A stretch of DNA of 64,000 nucleotides from Callorhinchus milii (lineage: Eukaryota). Numbering within the stretch: the first letter of the stretch is position 1; every line of letters starts with the position of its first letter. Shown in pieces: positions 1-10,879 of the stretch. The stretch covers positions 91,204,001-91,268,000 of the forward strand of contig NW_024704743.1 of assembly GCF_018977255.1 (NCBI RefSeq), read 5' to 3'. The notes beneath the pieces are model-generated. The model made no database searches, was not told where the DNA came from, and worked only from the letters and a program-made list of their open reading frames with translations. The position numbers and the translations under genes were made by a program.

Positions 1-2
1 AC

Positions 3-67
3 CAGTTCAGGGATTGGTACCTCGAGTTGTGTGCCAGAAGGGGCCTGGATGGCAAGCAATGTATCAC
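3..67 (-). CDS. E2F5: E2F5 exon 5 ([22 protein letters not shown])
   Basis: cag|GT acceptor, 65 nt, GT donor at 2-1; marked-box region motif AIxAPSGTxLEVP. Confidence 0.95.
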   Translation of the reverse strand, partial: MIHCLPSRPLLAHNSRYQSLN

Positions 68-968
68 CTGCAACAGAACGGGAATATCTCACAGAGCATT
101 ACAATCCAAGTTTTATAAAAAGCTACATACAAGCTATATAACTTGTGTTACTTAAAAACACCATTACATCAAGAACTTTGATGTCTTATGAAGGTCAGAC
201 ATTGGCTTTCCTCACAGACTTCATATCATTATGGAGATGTCATAGTAACCATGTTTGTCTCATAGAACGTAGTTCACATAGGATCGAAAGGCAATGCTGT
301 GGATTACTGGTGTAGATTTAAAATGAATTCTCAGATTTCCCCTTTTGTTAGCTTGTAGAACTAAAGAGTGTTTCAGGATTTAAACTGCCCCAAGGTCATT
401 ATTTCTCTCCTTAACTCTGCAGGTACACCTGTTCTTCTCTGCTCCCGGTTCCTTTAACCAACTTCTGCTAATACAACTGCAAGAATTTTTATACAATTAT
501 AATATAATAATAATGACCAGTAAATGCAAGAGTGCAGCGTGAAGATGACTATATTCACAACTTTCCATTTCTCCACAACAGGTACTGTGACTTTACTTCC
601 TCAGACAGTTAGTACCACGCAGAATACATCTATCCCTTCACTGCAAGATAAATAGTGTGCTAGTACTCCAGACAACCTTGCCTAATTATGGAGATTACAT
701 GGCAAAAATGGGGTTGCACAAAGCAGCTAGTTTCAGCTGTGTTGATGTGGATAGATGCTGAATTGAGGATTTAGGAATTGGAATTGAACAGTTTAGGGAA
801 ACTCACACATGTGTACCACAAAGTGATTTTTTGAGGCATTGTCAGGTACCAAAGAGTATCAGTAGCAGAGGCCTGGGATCAGTTGAGAAAATAAACTGGT
901 GAGAAAACCTAAGACACAAAAAAATTAAAAAAATTAATTTATGAGGAGTAAGAATAAGTCTCACAAAC

Positions 969-1012
969 CTTGAAAACACTTGCAGACATCTTCATGAGTG
1001 GTATATGCCAAT
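969..1012 (-). CDS. E2F5: E2F5 exon 4 (LAYTTHEDVCKCFQ)
   Basis: Follows TCCTTAAC...AC U12 acceptor; 44 nt; donor G|gtttgt; phase consistent with neighbours. Confidence 0.95.
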
Positions 1013-1575
1013 GTAAAATTGTTAAGGAGAATACCACACACGTCAGAGAGACTGGAGAAGTTGATTGGCTTTTGCAATCTGCCACAAATGGTTTCTACAC
1101 ACTTCGTTTCAAACCCATAAGCTTAATGCCACTTTGAAATTGCCATTTAAGTGCCTTAGAAACTTTCAGTAAAATTTCCAGTGTTTTACGGAAAGTAAAG
1201 ATCCTGTAATAGTAATAATACTTGCATTTGAAATAACGCCTTATCACATTTTCAAGACATCTCAAAGCGCATCACAGGATATTCTGTAAAATAGAATTGA
1301 CTGTGTATTTTGTGGGTGAAACAAGCAGCCAGTTTACGCAGAGCAATGTCCCACAAACAGCCATGGAGTGAATGACCAATTTTATTCGTGGGATTTGTGG
1401 CCTGGATACCGGGAGAAACTTCCTTCTCTTTTCGAATATTGCCATGGGATCTTTAACGTTCACCTGAACAGGCAGACAGGACCTCGGTTTAACATCTCAT
1501 CTGAAGGACATAATGTGCAATCTCAGATTATGGGGTTTGTGCAGATACTGAATGCAATTTAGCTGCAAAGGATAT
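1013..1575 (-). other. U12-type (minor spliceosome) AT-AC intron, E2F5 intron 3
   Basis: 5'SS ATATCCTTT (1575-1567), branch site TCCTTAAC (1028-1021), terminal AC (1014-1013); flanking exons join in frame only at these sites. Confidence 0.95.
1212..1505 (-). mobile_element. Deu-domain SINE fragment inside the U12 intron
   Basis: ctgtttgtgggacattgct...ctggctgc core and gataaggcgttatttcaaatgcaag tail shared with other copies. Confidence 0.8.
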
Positions 1576-1737
1576 CTGCTGTTATGAGTATCATCTGTTA
1601 TATTTTCAATGCTCTGCTGCAGCCATATTTTCTGTTGATCAAGTTCTTTTTCCTTAATTTCCAGGTCTTCAATCTCTGCCTTGAGATGTTTTAATCGATC
1701 TATTATTTCCTTACTGTTGCACCCAGGACCAACGCCA
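1576..1737 (-). CDS. E2F5: E2F5 exon 3 ([25 protein letters not shown]...ITDDTHNSR)
   Basis: tag|T acceptor, 162 nt open frame, ends at U12 donor AG|ATATCCTTT. Confidence 0.95.
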
Positions 1738-1779
1738 CTATTAATAGAAAAAAAGCTCCAGTTACAGCTGATTGATGTA

Positions 1780-2362
1780 CAGTACGAACACGGATTGTGA
1801 TCACCTCAGTAATCCACAATTGCGGGCACATTTTCAGTCTCTTTCATCATCAATATTAAAAGATAGTCTGTCGGCTTCAGTAAACCGGGCACCTCACTAT
1901 TCAGTACAACGGTCATTGTTGCGGCTACAAGTGCTCTCCTCAGGTACAAACGCCCCCCTCCGCTACTAACCTGTACACAGTGCGCTAAGCCTCGGGCCTC
2001 TCTCGCTGTTTGCTCAATGCTGCTATTGTGGGCGGAGTGAATTCCGGTCGCGCCTGCGCAGTGTCGGGAGCGTTGGAGGATCGCGGAAGAGGCACGTGCG
2101 GAAAATCGACTTTGCCCGGGGTCTGCGGCTTCACCTGAGCTCCGTGTGAACTTTGAATAATGAAACCTAAGATCTGTTTTAAATGTGACAATGCTTTTAT
2201 TTTAGTGAGAGAGCAAATTACGGTTGTTTAATGTTCATCCTCTGTAATTTTAAAGGTGACTATGGTCATCCTGTGTAATCCTGTTTCAGTAATCTGGTCA
2301 CCTCACTGAGTAGGTAACTTTTGCCCAATCACTTGACTGACCGGATTAGTGAGGTTCTACTG
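1780..2362. mobile_element. Tc1/mariner-Tigger-like non-autonomous DNA transposon (MITE)
   Basis: TA|CAGTA... left end and ...GGATTAGTGAGGTTCTACTG|TA right end; degenerate TIRs; CpG-rich interior. Confidence 0.5.
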
Positions 2363-2492
2363 TATAAAGATACAATTCACTTTGTGGATTTCTTGAAACA
2401 ATAACTACTGAACTTTACTGGTAACAATTCAATGCAGAAAAAACATTTCAAACTAATATATATATGTATATACATATACATGTACACACACA

Positions 2493-2942
2493 CAGTGGAA
2501 GCTGATTAAGCCGGACAAACCGGGAACAGACATTTTGTCCGATTTAAGAGGTGTCCGAGGTTAACCCAAATACCCTTCCTGTCCAGAAGAGTGCTGCTGA
2601 TGCCGTATATTTTGTAAGTTGTTTCACCTGAAGCAATGTTAACCAACCAGTTAAAATACTCACACAATTAGTAAAATATATTTAGGAACCAATTAGCGGC
2701 AGATGAGCAGGTCAGCTGTCAGTAAATCACAATTTCCCTCCCTTGTTCTTCCCCGTTCCTCCGCCCCCTCACTGTTTGACAGCCCAACTCCAGCCGCTTG
2801 TGAATGGCTGGAGTCCGCTGTCATTCCCATCTACATCCGGGAGCCCCTCGTAGCTGAATGGAGGCGCTCAACACCACAGAAATGAGTACATTCAGGGGTG
2901 ACCAGCGCTGCATTTTGCTTGGACTAAAGAGATTTTCGACTG
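2493..2942. mobile_element. Second Tigger-like MITE
   Basis: CAGTGGAAGCTGATTAAGCCGGA left end, GGACTAAAGAGATTTTCGACTG right end (degenerate TIRs). Confidence 0.4.
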
Positions 2943-3084
2943 AATTAACAGGTATATTTAAAACAGGTAATAAAGAAATGATTCAGGGCGTTTTGGTCGA
3001 TTTACCAAAATCGGGTTAACCGGCGTCCGGCAAAAACAAATTCCACTGTATTTTACAAACAACCATTCAGCTATTTTTACCCAC

Positions 3085-3194
3085 TTCCACTGGATGCTGT
3101 TTTTGGACTTCTTCTCAATCAATCCAATTCCTTCTAACACATTGGTGATATCATAGATTCTTCTTTTCTGTCTCACTTCAAGTATATCAGCTGC
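3085..3194 (-). CDS. E2F5: E2F5 exon 2 ([36 protein letters not shown])
   Basis: cag|GCA acceptor, AA|gtgggt donor, 110 nt; [21 protein letters not shown] signature. Confidence 0.96.
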
Positions 3195-3954
3195 CTGTTG
3201 ACAAACATTAAACAAAATTAACTGGTGGCACAAAAACATTAAAGACTTATCTAAAAGTGAGTGTATTTTGTAAAGTTGAACTCATTTTCAGTACAAAAAT
3301 GTCTATTCAGTAATTTGGGGGTTGTCAACCAGATGTCTTACACATGCAGAACCCCATTATCATGAGTATTCAAATCAAACAGAGATCCATGCATTCCCAC
3401 CTATACATAGAAATTCCAGAGATATTTAGTAAACATCATTGTACTTGTCAATTTCTATTGCACTGATCATTTTAGAAATAATGGTACCAGTACAAAGTGT
3501 AAAACTACAAATAATTACCACTACATGACAATGACAGACATCAGATTCACACTGCTCTTAATGTGCAAAATTCACAACACAAGTGAAGAATTGAAACTGA
3601 CAGTAAATACAATCAAACCATACAATGAAACTCAAAAAATACAGACTTTGATAGTTTGTGACTGCCAAATCTATTTACTTTACAACTGGATCATTAAACA
3701 ACAATAACAACTTGGATTTATACAGCGCCCTCCACGCCGGATGGAAGAAGAAGCTGGAAAACAACAACTCTTTCAAGGACCCAGGAAAGGGAGGACATAA
3801 TCCCCTCTCCTTTGATGTGTTGCGTAAAAACAAAATCCAAGAAATTGAGTACAGTGCATGTGCCCTGTGTAGTTGATTAATCATTGAGTACCTGTTTGAA
3901 GCTAAACAACTGGATCTTTGATGGGATTTAAGCAAGAATATATAATTTAGACAT

Positions 3955-4685
3955 TTAGACGCTGACAGCATCACCATCCAACCTTGGGGTCTTGTTTGAC
4001 CCTCAACTATCCTTTCTACCCCACATCTGCGCCATGACCCGCTCTGCCTTCCCCCACCTCCGCAACGTCGCCCGGCTCCGACACTGTCTCACACCGCAGG
4101 CCGCTAAAAGCCTCATACACGCCTTCATTACGTCGAGGCTCGACTATGCAAACTCACTGCTTGTCGGCCTCCCCAACTCCTCCCCCCAACTCCATCATCC
4201 ATAACTCTGCAGCCCGTGTCCTCTCCCGCACCAGGCTCCGCGACCCTATCACTCCCAGCCTCGCCCAACTCCACCGGCTTCCCATCACACAGTGGATACA
4301 GTTCAAGATCCTGGCCCTCACCTTCGAAGCCCTCTACGGTCTTGCTCCCCCCTGTCTCTGTGACCTCCTAACACCCTACCAACTTGCCCCCTCCCTCTGC
4401 TCAGCGGGCTCCGGCCTGCTTCACATCCCCCACCTCACCATTGGCGTGCGGGCCTTCTGCCATTCTGCCCCCACCTCTGGAACTCCATCCCACAATCCCT
4501 CCGCCTCACCCCCTCCCTTACCACCTTCAAGACCCATCTCTTCGACCTTGCTTTCGATCTCCCTGCTTCCCTCCCTGACCTCCACCTCCCCGACGCCCAG
4601 CTCGGGTCTGAAACACTGACTGTCCAGCGCCTTGGGACGTCCTCCCGACGTGAAAGGCGCTATATAAATGTAATTTTTTTGTTGT
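3955..4685 (+). mobile_element. L2-clade LINE 3' fragment
   Basis: Decayed ORF2 C-terminus (LIHAFITSRLDYANSLL) and tail gaaaggcgctatataaatgtaa(ttg)n. Confidence 0.9.
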
Positions 4686-6599
4686 ATTTGTACCGATTCC
4701 AGTTAGAGTAAATGATACTATGAAATTAAAGTTTAAGATACTGAAAAATAGCTTCAAACAGATACTCAATGATTAATCAACTAGACACGGCACATACACT
4801 GTACTCAATTTCTTGGATTTTGTTTTTGCGCAACACATTAAAGGAGAGGGGATTATGTCCAACTCCAACCTCCCTTTCCTAGGTCCTTGAAAGCGTTGTT
4901 GTTTCCCAGCTTCACTTCTTCCTCTCCTGCCACTCCCTTTATAAGTGCAACTTATAAATCTGCACACTGGAACCATGTAAACTTTGTTCATTACCTTCAA
5001 AATTAAATCGATGGAAAACTACAGAAGTCAGAAAGCACAAAACCCAGGATTGAACAAGGCATGATCTAAAACCTAAGGCATTGGAGGTAAATGTACTTAA
5101 TAAGCTACAGTAATGTTCCTGTAGAATTACATCACAAAAAGTCTACCCAGCTGAATAAACATTGGGACTTGTAAATCCGCAGTCTGCTTTCCTTCTTAAA
5201 GCCATGGCTCAAAAAGAATTACTGAAGCCTGCAGCATGGAAGCAGACAGAACCAGAGTTTGCATTCAGCAGACATGATAGGACTGATGACTGGGGCAAGT
5301 GTCATACGCACAACTTTTTGAGGCCATTGCTGAAGTTCTGTTGGCTTAAAACAATTAACTTTATGGAAAGTTCAGACATTTATATTTATTCGCATCAGCA
5401 AGGAAATATCCGATTGCCTTTTCTGTTTCCGAGGAAGGCAGCTTGGAATCACCCAGTGTCAGTCACACTGTGCTCGGGTGAAAGATCGGGGGGCGTGGGG
5501 GTGGGGGGGGGTGGGGGTTTGGGAGGAAAAGACAGGCATGTGAAGGGGTAAAGTGTTGAACAAAGCTGACATTGTCAAGTAAAAGCTGAATAAGGCCTGA
5601 AAAATTAAATGCCCAACACAATGCAATGACCACAAGACCTTTCATTTACATGAAAACAATGAAAGAATCCATTAAAGAAAACGATTTCAAATACATGAGT
5701 GGAGTCTAAAGTCCACTGCCAAAGCTTCACATACCGTGAATTCTGAAGAAAAGGGAGTCCATTTCATGTCAGCAAACCAACTGTAACATATTTAATAAGA
5801 AAAAGGGGGTGGGGATAAAAAAGGAGAAACACCTGCAGTCGAAAACTGCTCTAGCAATGGCATTTTGTTATGCATTATGAACAATTATTAAGAACTAAAA
5901 GTATAATCCACCCAAGAAGCAACGTAATCGTTTTTTCTTGGGTGGAGGTCACAATCTTTTGGGCGGGTGGGGGGGGGGAAGGATACCCGAGGAAATAGGC
6001 AGACTTCCCAATGCCAGGGTGCACTTGCCTGACTGCGATCGTAGGGCCGACTATAGAGAACAATCACAGCGATCAGCTTGGAGGCTCAATAAAGCAACCA
6101 GCTGCCACTCCAGAGGAAATGGCAAAATGCACAGCCACTACACATTACAGTATATTCTGTGAAGCGTTTTGAGACGTCTCAATGGCACGATAAGGCGCTA
6201 TATCAAACGAAGGGTTATTATTAGGGCTGGTCGCAGAGCTTTGAGTCCAAGTCTCAACCATGAAAATCCCAGCGCGAGCGGGGAGGACTCTGCTGGCAAG
6301 TGGGAGCTGCTGGAAACCCCACAACCAGTATGCCCAATGGGCTAGAGGAACTCCCCCCCCCCCCCCCCCCCTCCGGTTGACCTGTGGAGCGATTAACTAG
6401 ATCAGGGAGATGCCTTTTGCATGGATAAAATTGCCATATTTTCCCATCTAGAAGTTCTGAGATAGAAGCTTTCAGAGCATTGGTGGTGTCTCCCCCATGT
6501 GGCACAGAATAATTGTTCAATAAAGTTGAGACATCACCTGACACGTTGATCTGCTATACTAATTTCCATTGTGTACTAAATAATAAAAATAATAATCAT

Positions 6600-7040
6600 T
6601 CTTGCATTAAGTATTGTTGTACTTTTCATATCAGGAGAATGTCCCAAACTGCTTCATATGATATACTGTAAAATACAGTGACTGTATGTTTAGTGGGCAA
6701 ACAGGCAGCCAAATTGCACATGGCAATGTGGTACAAAAAGTCATGGAGTGAATGATGATGATAATAATAACCAATTTTATTTGAGCGATTTGATGGCCAG
6801 GATAATGGGAAAACTCCCTTCTCTTTTCAAAAAATGCCATGGGATCTTTAAAGTCCACCTGAATAGGCCTCAGTTTAACTCCTCATATAAAGGAAGTCAC
6901 TTCTAATAATCCCAGCACTGCAGTGGAGTGTCAGCTTGGACTACATGAATTCAAAGTTGTGACGTGGGGCTTGAACCCACAACCTTCTGACTCAGAGGCA
7001 AGAGTGCTATAAACTTTTAGGGTGAAAATGAGCCAGGGGC
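6600..7040 (-). mobile_element. SacSINE1-like Deu-domain tRNA SINE
   Basis: tRNA-like head (gagtcagaaggttgtgggttcaagcccca), aaagatcccatggca block, Deu core. Confidence 0.75.
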
Positions 7041-8671
7041 TGACAGACAATACTACTGCCGTGGTACAAATCACAGCTCATTTTAGCTGGAGTGGCAGTC
7101 ATTGCACAATAATCAACCTCAGCTCTTGGGGGTGGGGGGGAGAGAGGGTGGTCAGGGATTATAAAAAAATCAAATCACAATTATCAGTTTGCTACGTTGG
7201 AGAGAGAAAACGAATCCAAATTTTGCATTGTTAATATTTTAATTTTTATATGTATTGACCAAATGGTTACTAGCCTTATTTACTGAATAGAAAGCCTCTT
7301 CCACAGCTTCAGTTTGGGTACAAACAATGCACATTGATCTTAATTGCCTATGAATGCATAGGACAATCTCACTGTAAGGTGCCTCAATCGAGCCCGAGCC
7401 TGCTTATAACATGTCTATCAGTTGTGCGGTACACTTGCACCACAGATTCAAATGAGCTGGGGCAAAAACTTGTGCAATTTTTCAAAGTAAGAATAAAATA
7501 AAACCGATGGCAGTTCAGAGTCAAGACCGCCCAGACTAATTTACTGTCTAGAAGAACACCTCACTAAAAAGTGAGACAAGCCCCTGCAGAGAACTGCCGA
7601 TGGGCAGAAGGTTGAAATCTCGCTCGAGCTATGGAAACCAGACTTGAGAAGCTTAATGCATCAAGAACATGGAAAGAAGGTGGTCAGCCACAACCATCAC
7701 AATCAGTCCAGCACTGAAAGCTAAAGAGGTGTCATCTTAAAGAGTTTTAGTCGGGAAACTTCCTTTTTTGCAAACTGTGGGGGTGGAGTGCAAAGGTCTG
7801 GTCTCTTTCAGAGTATCTCTTTGATGACATGTGGATGACCTGAGGAAGGATTATACAGGAATATAAAAGGACCCTCTTCCTGTAAAATGTTTTAAATCTG
7901 GGGTTCAATTTGCAGGAACAGTGCTTAAAACATCAGTTGAAACACTGGGACTTGTGTCATTTCCTGCACTTGGCTCTCTGAACCTATCACCCCCATCCTC
8001 ATTGGCTCCACTTGCTCCCCATCCCCCAACAGATCTCCACCCCTCACCTTTAAATCCCTCCATAGTCTTGCCCCATCCCTACTTCTGCGATCTCCTCAAA
8101 CGCTACCAACCCATCGCTCCCTTTGTTCAGCTAACACCTGCCCCACGTCACCTGCCCCACCATCGACAGTCAGGCTTTCAGGTAATTTGCCCCCACCTGA
8201 AACTCCATCCCAGAGTTCCTAACACTCGCCCCTTCCCTCACCTCCTTTAAGGACCACCTCAAAACCTTCAGGTGTAAACCCTGGACCGTCCAGCACCTCG
8301 GGACGTCCGCCGGACGTGAAAGGCAGTTTACAAATGTAAATTTGTATTGTATTAAACTCAATTTATACACTTTTGAAGTTCACGTCCAGTTGTTGCTCTA
8401 TCCTCACCACTGAAACTCACATAGAGCTAAATACACACAACAACAAGATTCCATTTATAGAGCACCTTTCACGTCGGGAGGACGTCCCCAGATCCCTAAC
8501 GCCCTGCAGCCCTCCCACCAACACACAGCCCCCCACCCACCTCCACCGCAGCCCCAACAACAACTTGTATTTGCATAGTGCCTTTCACTCAGGACAGGAG
8601 AGGGCACCTCCATCCACCCCCACCCCCACCCCACCCCACCCGCCCCCACCCCACAAACCCCCTCAGCAGCC

Positions 8672-8785
8672 GGCTCTGCGTTCCGCCTGCAAAAACACGC
8701 AGCAAATTCACCGGACGGTCCATTCCGCAAAGCGCTTCGAGCCGACCCGAAGACGCGATCAGGCGCCGTATCAAATGCAAGCGTT
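8672..8785 (+). mobile_element. GC-shifted Deu-SINE 3' tail in E2F5 intron 1
   Basis: Aligns without gaps to the SINE tails at 30511-30613 and 52070-52180. Confidence 0.8.
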
Positions 8786-8925
8786 TGACTTATGACTCTC
8801 CCACCAGCCACGGCCCTCCCTCACCCCCACCTGCCCTCACCCCCACCCAGGTGCTAACTCAAGGAGCAGCAAGTCAGCCTCTTGTCGAGTGTGTCACCGC
8901 CGGCCTGACTGCCTGACTGACTGAC

Positions 8926-9081
8926 CTGCTTGAGGTCCAGCACCCCGTCCTCGGCCTCCTGCAGCAGGGACACGAACCTGCTGGTGAGCAGCCCGAGGCT
9001 CTTCTCGTGTCGGCTCGAGCTCGACGACGCCCGCGTTCCATTCCCGGGCGCGTTCGAACAGCCGCTCGCGCCCGCCGCCAT
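8926..9081 (-). CDS. E2F5: E2F5 coding exon 1 (MAAGASGC...[30 protein letters not shown])
   Basis: ATG at 9081 in CACATGG context, 156 nt, donor CAG|GTCAGT; E2F4/5 DBD motif [11 protein letters not shown]. Confidence 0.92.
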
Positions 9082-9483
9082 GTGCCCCTCGCACGCCGGT
9101 GACGTCGGGGAGGGGGGGGGGGCCCCCACCCACCCGCCCGCCCGCGGGCCGCGCGGCAGCCACACGGCGTGAGGAGAGAGAGAGAGAGGGAGAGCGAGCG
9201 AGCGCACCGTGCGAGCTCCAGGAAGTGACGCCTATTGTCGACGCCATGGCAACCAGGCAGCACAGCGTCCCCCCTCCCACCACCCCACAGGCCCCAGGCC
9301 CGGGCCCGGGCCTCCGCTGTTCACGCCGCGGACCTGAAGCGCTCGCCCGCCCGCGCGACGTCTCACGTGGGGCAACTGCTTGTCGGGCAGTGTGGTGTTT
9401 TGGTGGATATTTTGGGGCTACGGCACGATTTTTTAAAAAAATATGTTATGTATATAAAAAATAAAAAATAAAAAAATAACTCA

Positions 9484-9517
9484 CTGACTAACTGACTGAC
9501 TGACTGACTGACTGACT
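9484..9517. repeat. (TGAC)n tetranucleotide microsatellite
   Basis: ctgactaactgactgactgactgactgactgact. Confidence 0.9.
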
Positions 9518-9596
9518 CACGGTTTCTGGCCGCCCCCTCTGCTCACCCGCCTGCACCTCAGCTCTCCAGCTCCTGCAGTCGGGGGGGAGCCACCTT

Positions 9597-9915
9597 AACA
9601 CGGGTTTCCTCCCGCCTCGCGCCGCTGGCCACCTCGCGGCGGGTGGCAACCCGGTTGTTAGTCGATTGGCCGATCGCTTTTCCCGGGGGGTAATAATCCC
9701 CTTTTTTTAAAAAAAAACCCCAAAATGTGGTCACTCGACCCCCCCCCACCCCCCCACCCCCACCCGATTGTTTGCGGGGCGCTGCCGTGAGCATTTGGTT
9801 GCCGTGTTTCGCCCACAAAATATCCGGTCACTACACTTCAGTATATTCTGCGAAGCGCTTTGTGACGTCTCGCCGGTGTGATAAGGCGCTATATAAAATG
9901 CAAGCATTGTTATTA
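9597..9915 (+). mobile_element. GC-shifted Deu-SINE upstream of E2F5
   Basis: Aligns to the 10261-10558 and 17728-18088 copies; ends gataaggcgctatataaaatgcaag. Confidence 0.8.
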
Positions 9916-10060
9916 TAAGTAGTATCCTTATAAAATTCGCAATAATAATCTTTCATTGCTGCCCCCCCCCACCCCTCCCCTCCTCCTCTAGCAGAGCAAT
10001 CTTGTTGCCCAAAATTGGGGCGAGCTCGCTCTCCATCAACAGGGTTGCAGCTTATGTAGG

Positions 10061-10208
10061 TGCATTATCAACTTGGTGATGTGAACCCTTTGGATTTCTC
10101 GAAACACGATGGTCTTCCAGCGAAACGACACATCGGAGATGGCCTGTTGCAGACGCACGCACTCCATGGTCCGGGACCTTCGTGCTGAGGGATACTCTGA
10201 AGCTGGGC
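10061..10208 (+). mobile_element. Tx1/L1-clade LINE ORF2 C-terminal fragment
   Basis: Translates to LWISRNTMVFQR...CCRRTHSMVRD-fs-FVLRDTLKLG, resembling the LW.RN..VF...CCR.AH..V.DYVLRD.LKLG end of Tx1-type ORF2. Confidence 0.65.
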
Positions 10209-10260
10209 AATGGCGAGATGGAGCCTGACCCTAACCGAAGCTGCCCCTGTTCTAGCCAAG

Positions 10261-10558
10261 CGCACAGAATATACTGTAAAGTGAATTGACTATATTTTGT
10301 GGGCAAAACGCGGCAGCCGATTGCACACAGCCCTCAGCGTCGCACAAACAGTTGTGGATTGAGTAACCACATTTTTTTAAGGGTTTGTTACCCCGGAAAA
10401 GTGATCCATCAATTGACCAACAACCGGGTTCCTACTTACTGCTAGGTAAACAGGCGTGTGGAGTAAGGAAACTTGCCTAACGTTTCACTCGCCAGGATTG
10501 AACCCAGGTCCTCTCGCTTTCAAGGAGAGTGCTCTAACCATTACGCTACGGGACTCCA
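10261..10558 (-). mobile_element. tRNA-derived Deu-SINE (3'-truncated)
   Basis: A box TAGCGTAATGG, B box GGTTCAATCC, Deu core. Confidence 0.85.
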
Positions 10559-10879
10559 CAAGATAATGGCAATGGATGTGCTGAGGCTCTTCCCACTACA
10601 ATGAGGGCTGGGGACTACAACCTATCTTGTATATTTATTATAAATGTATTTATTATATTTATATTTATTATATTTATTTATTATAGTGCCCTCTAAAAGG
10701 AAGCAGAACCTGGAGGGGGCTACCTTGGTCCCTCCACCTGAGTAGAGTGTAGTGGCAATGCAAGGATAAATATATACTTTATCAAAAATATTTTGTTTAA
10801 AGAAACGTTGAACCATTATACTTCACCCACAAAATTAAAGTGCATGGCCACTAAAACTTGCACAGCAAATTATTACCCA

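Larger units (their letters stand above)
3..9081 (-). other. E2F5: E2F5 gene, coding exons 1-5 (continues beyond the window start)
   Basis: Five exons splice in frame to give the E2F DNA-binding and coiled-coil/marked-box region. Exon 3 ([37 protein letters not shown]) resembles E2F5 rather than E2F4. Adjacent to LRRCC1 as in other vertebrates. Confidence 0.95.
8480..9900. promoter_or_regulatory. CpG island / E2F5 promoter and first exon
   Basis: Very GC- and CpG-rich relative to AT-rich surroundings; contains GGAAGTGACG (9221-9230), GCCATGGCAAC (9243-9253), CACGTG (9364-9369). Confidence 0.85.

Noticed and set aside
9641..9660. GGTGGCAAC as a second RFX site
   Set aside because: Lies in a GC-shifted SINE where the other copies read agtaggaacccgg; probably a by-product of the substitution bias.
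8373..9918. Many overlapping Pro/Gly/Arg-rich ORFs around the promoter
   Set aside because: Result of high GC and few stop codons; only 8926-9081 has protein homology and splice support.
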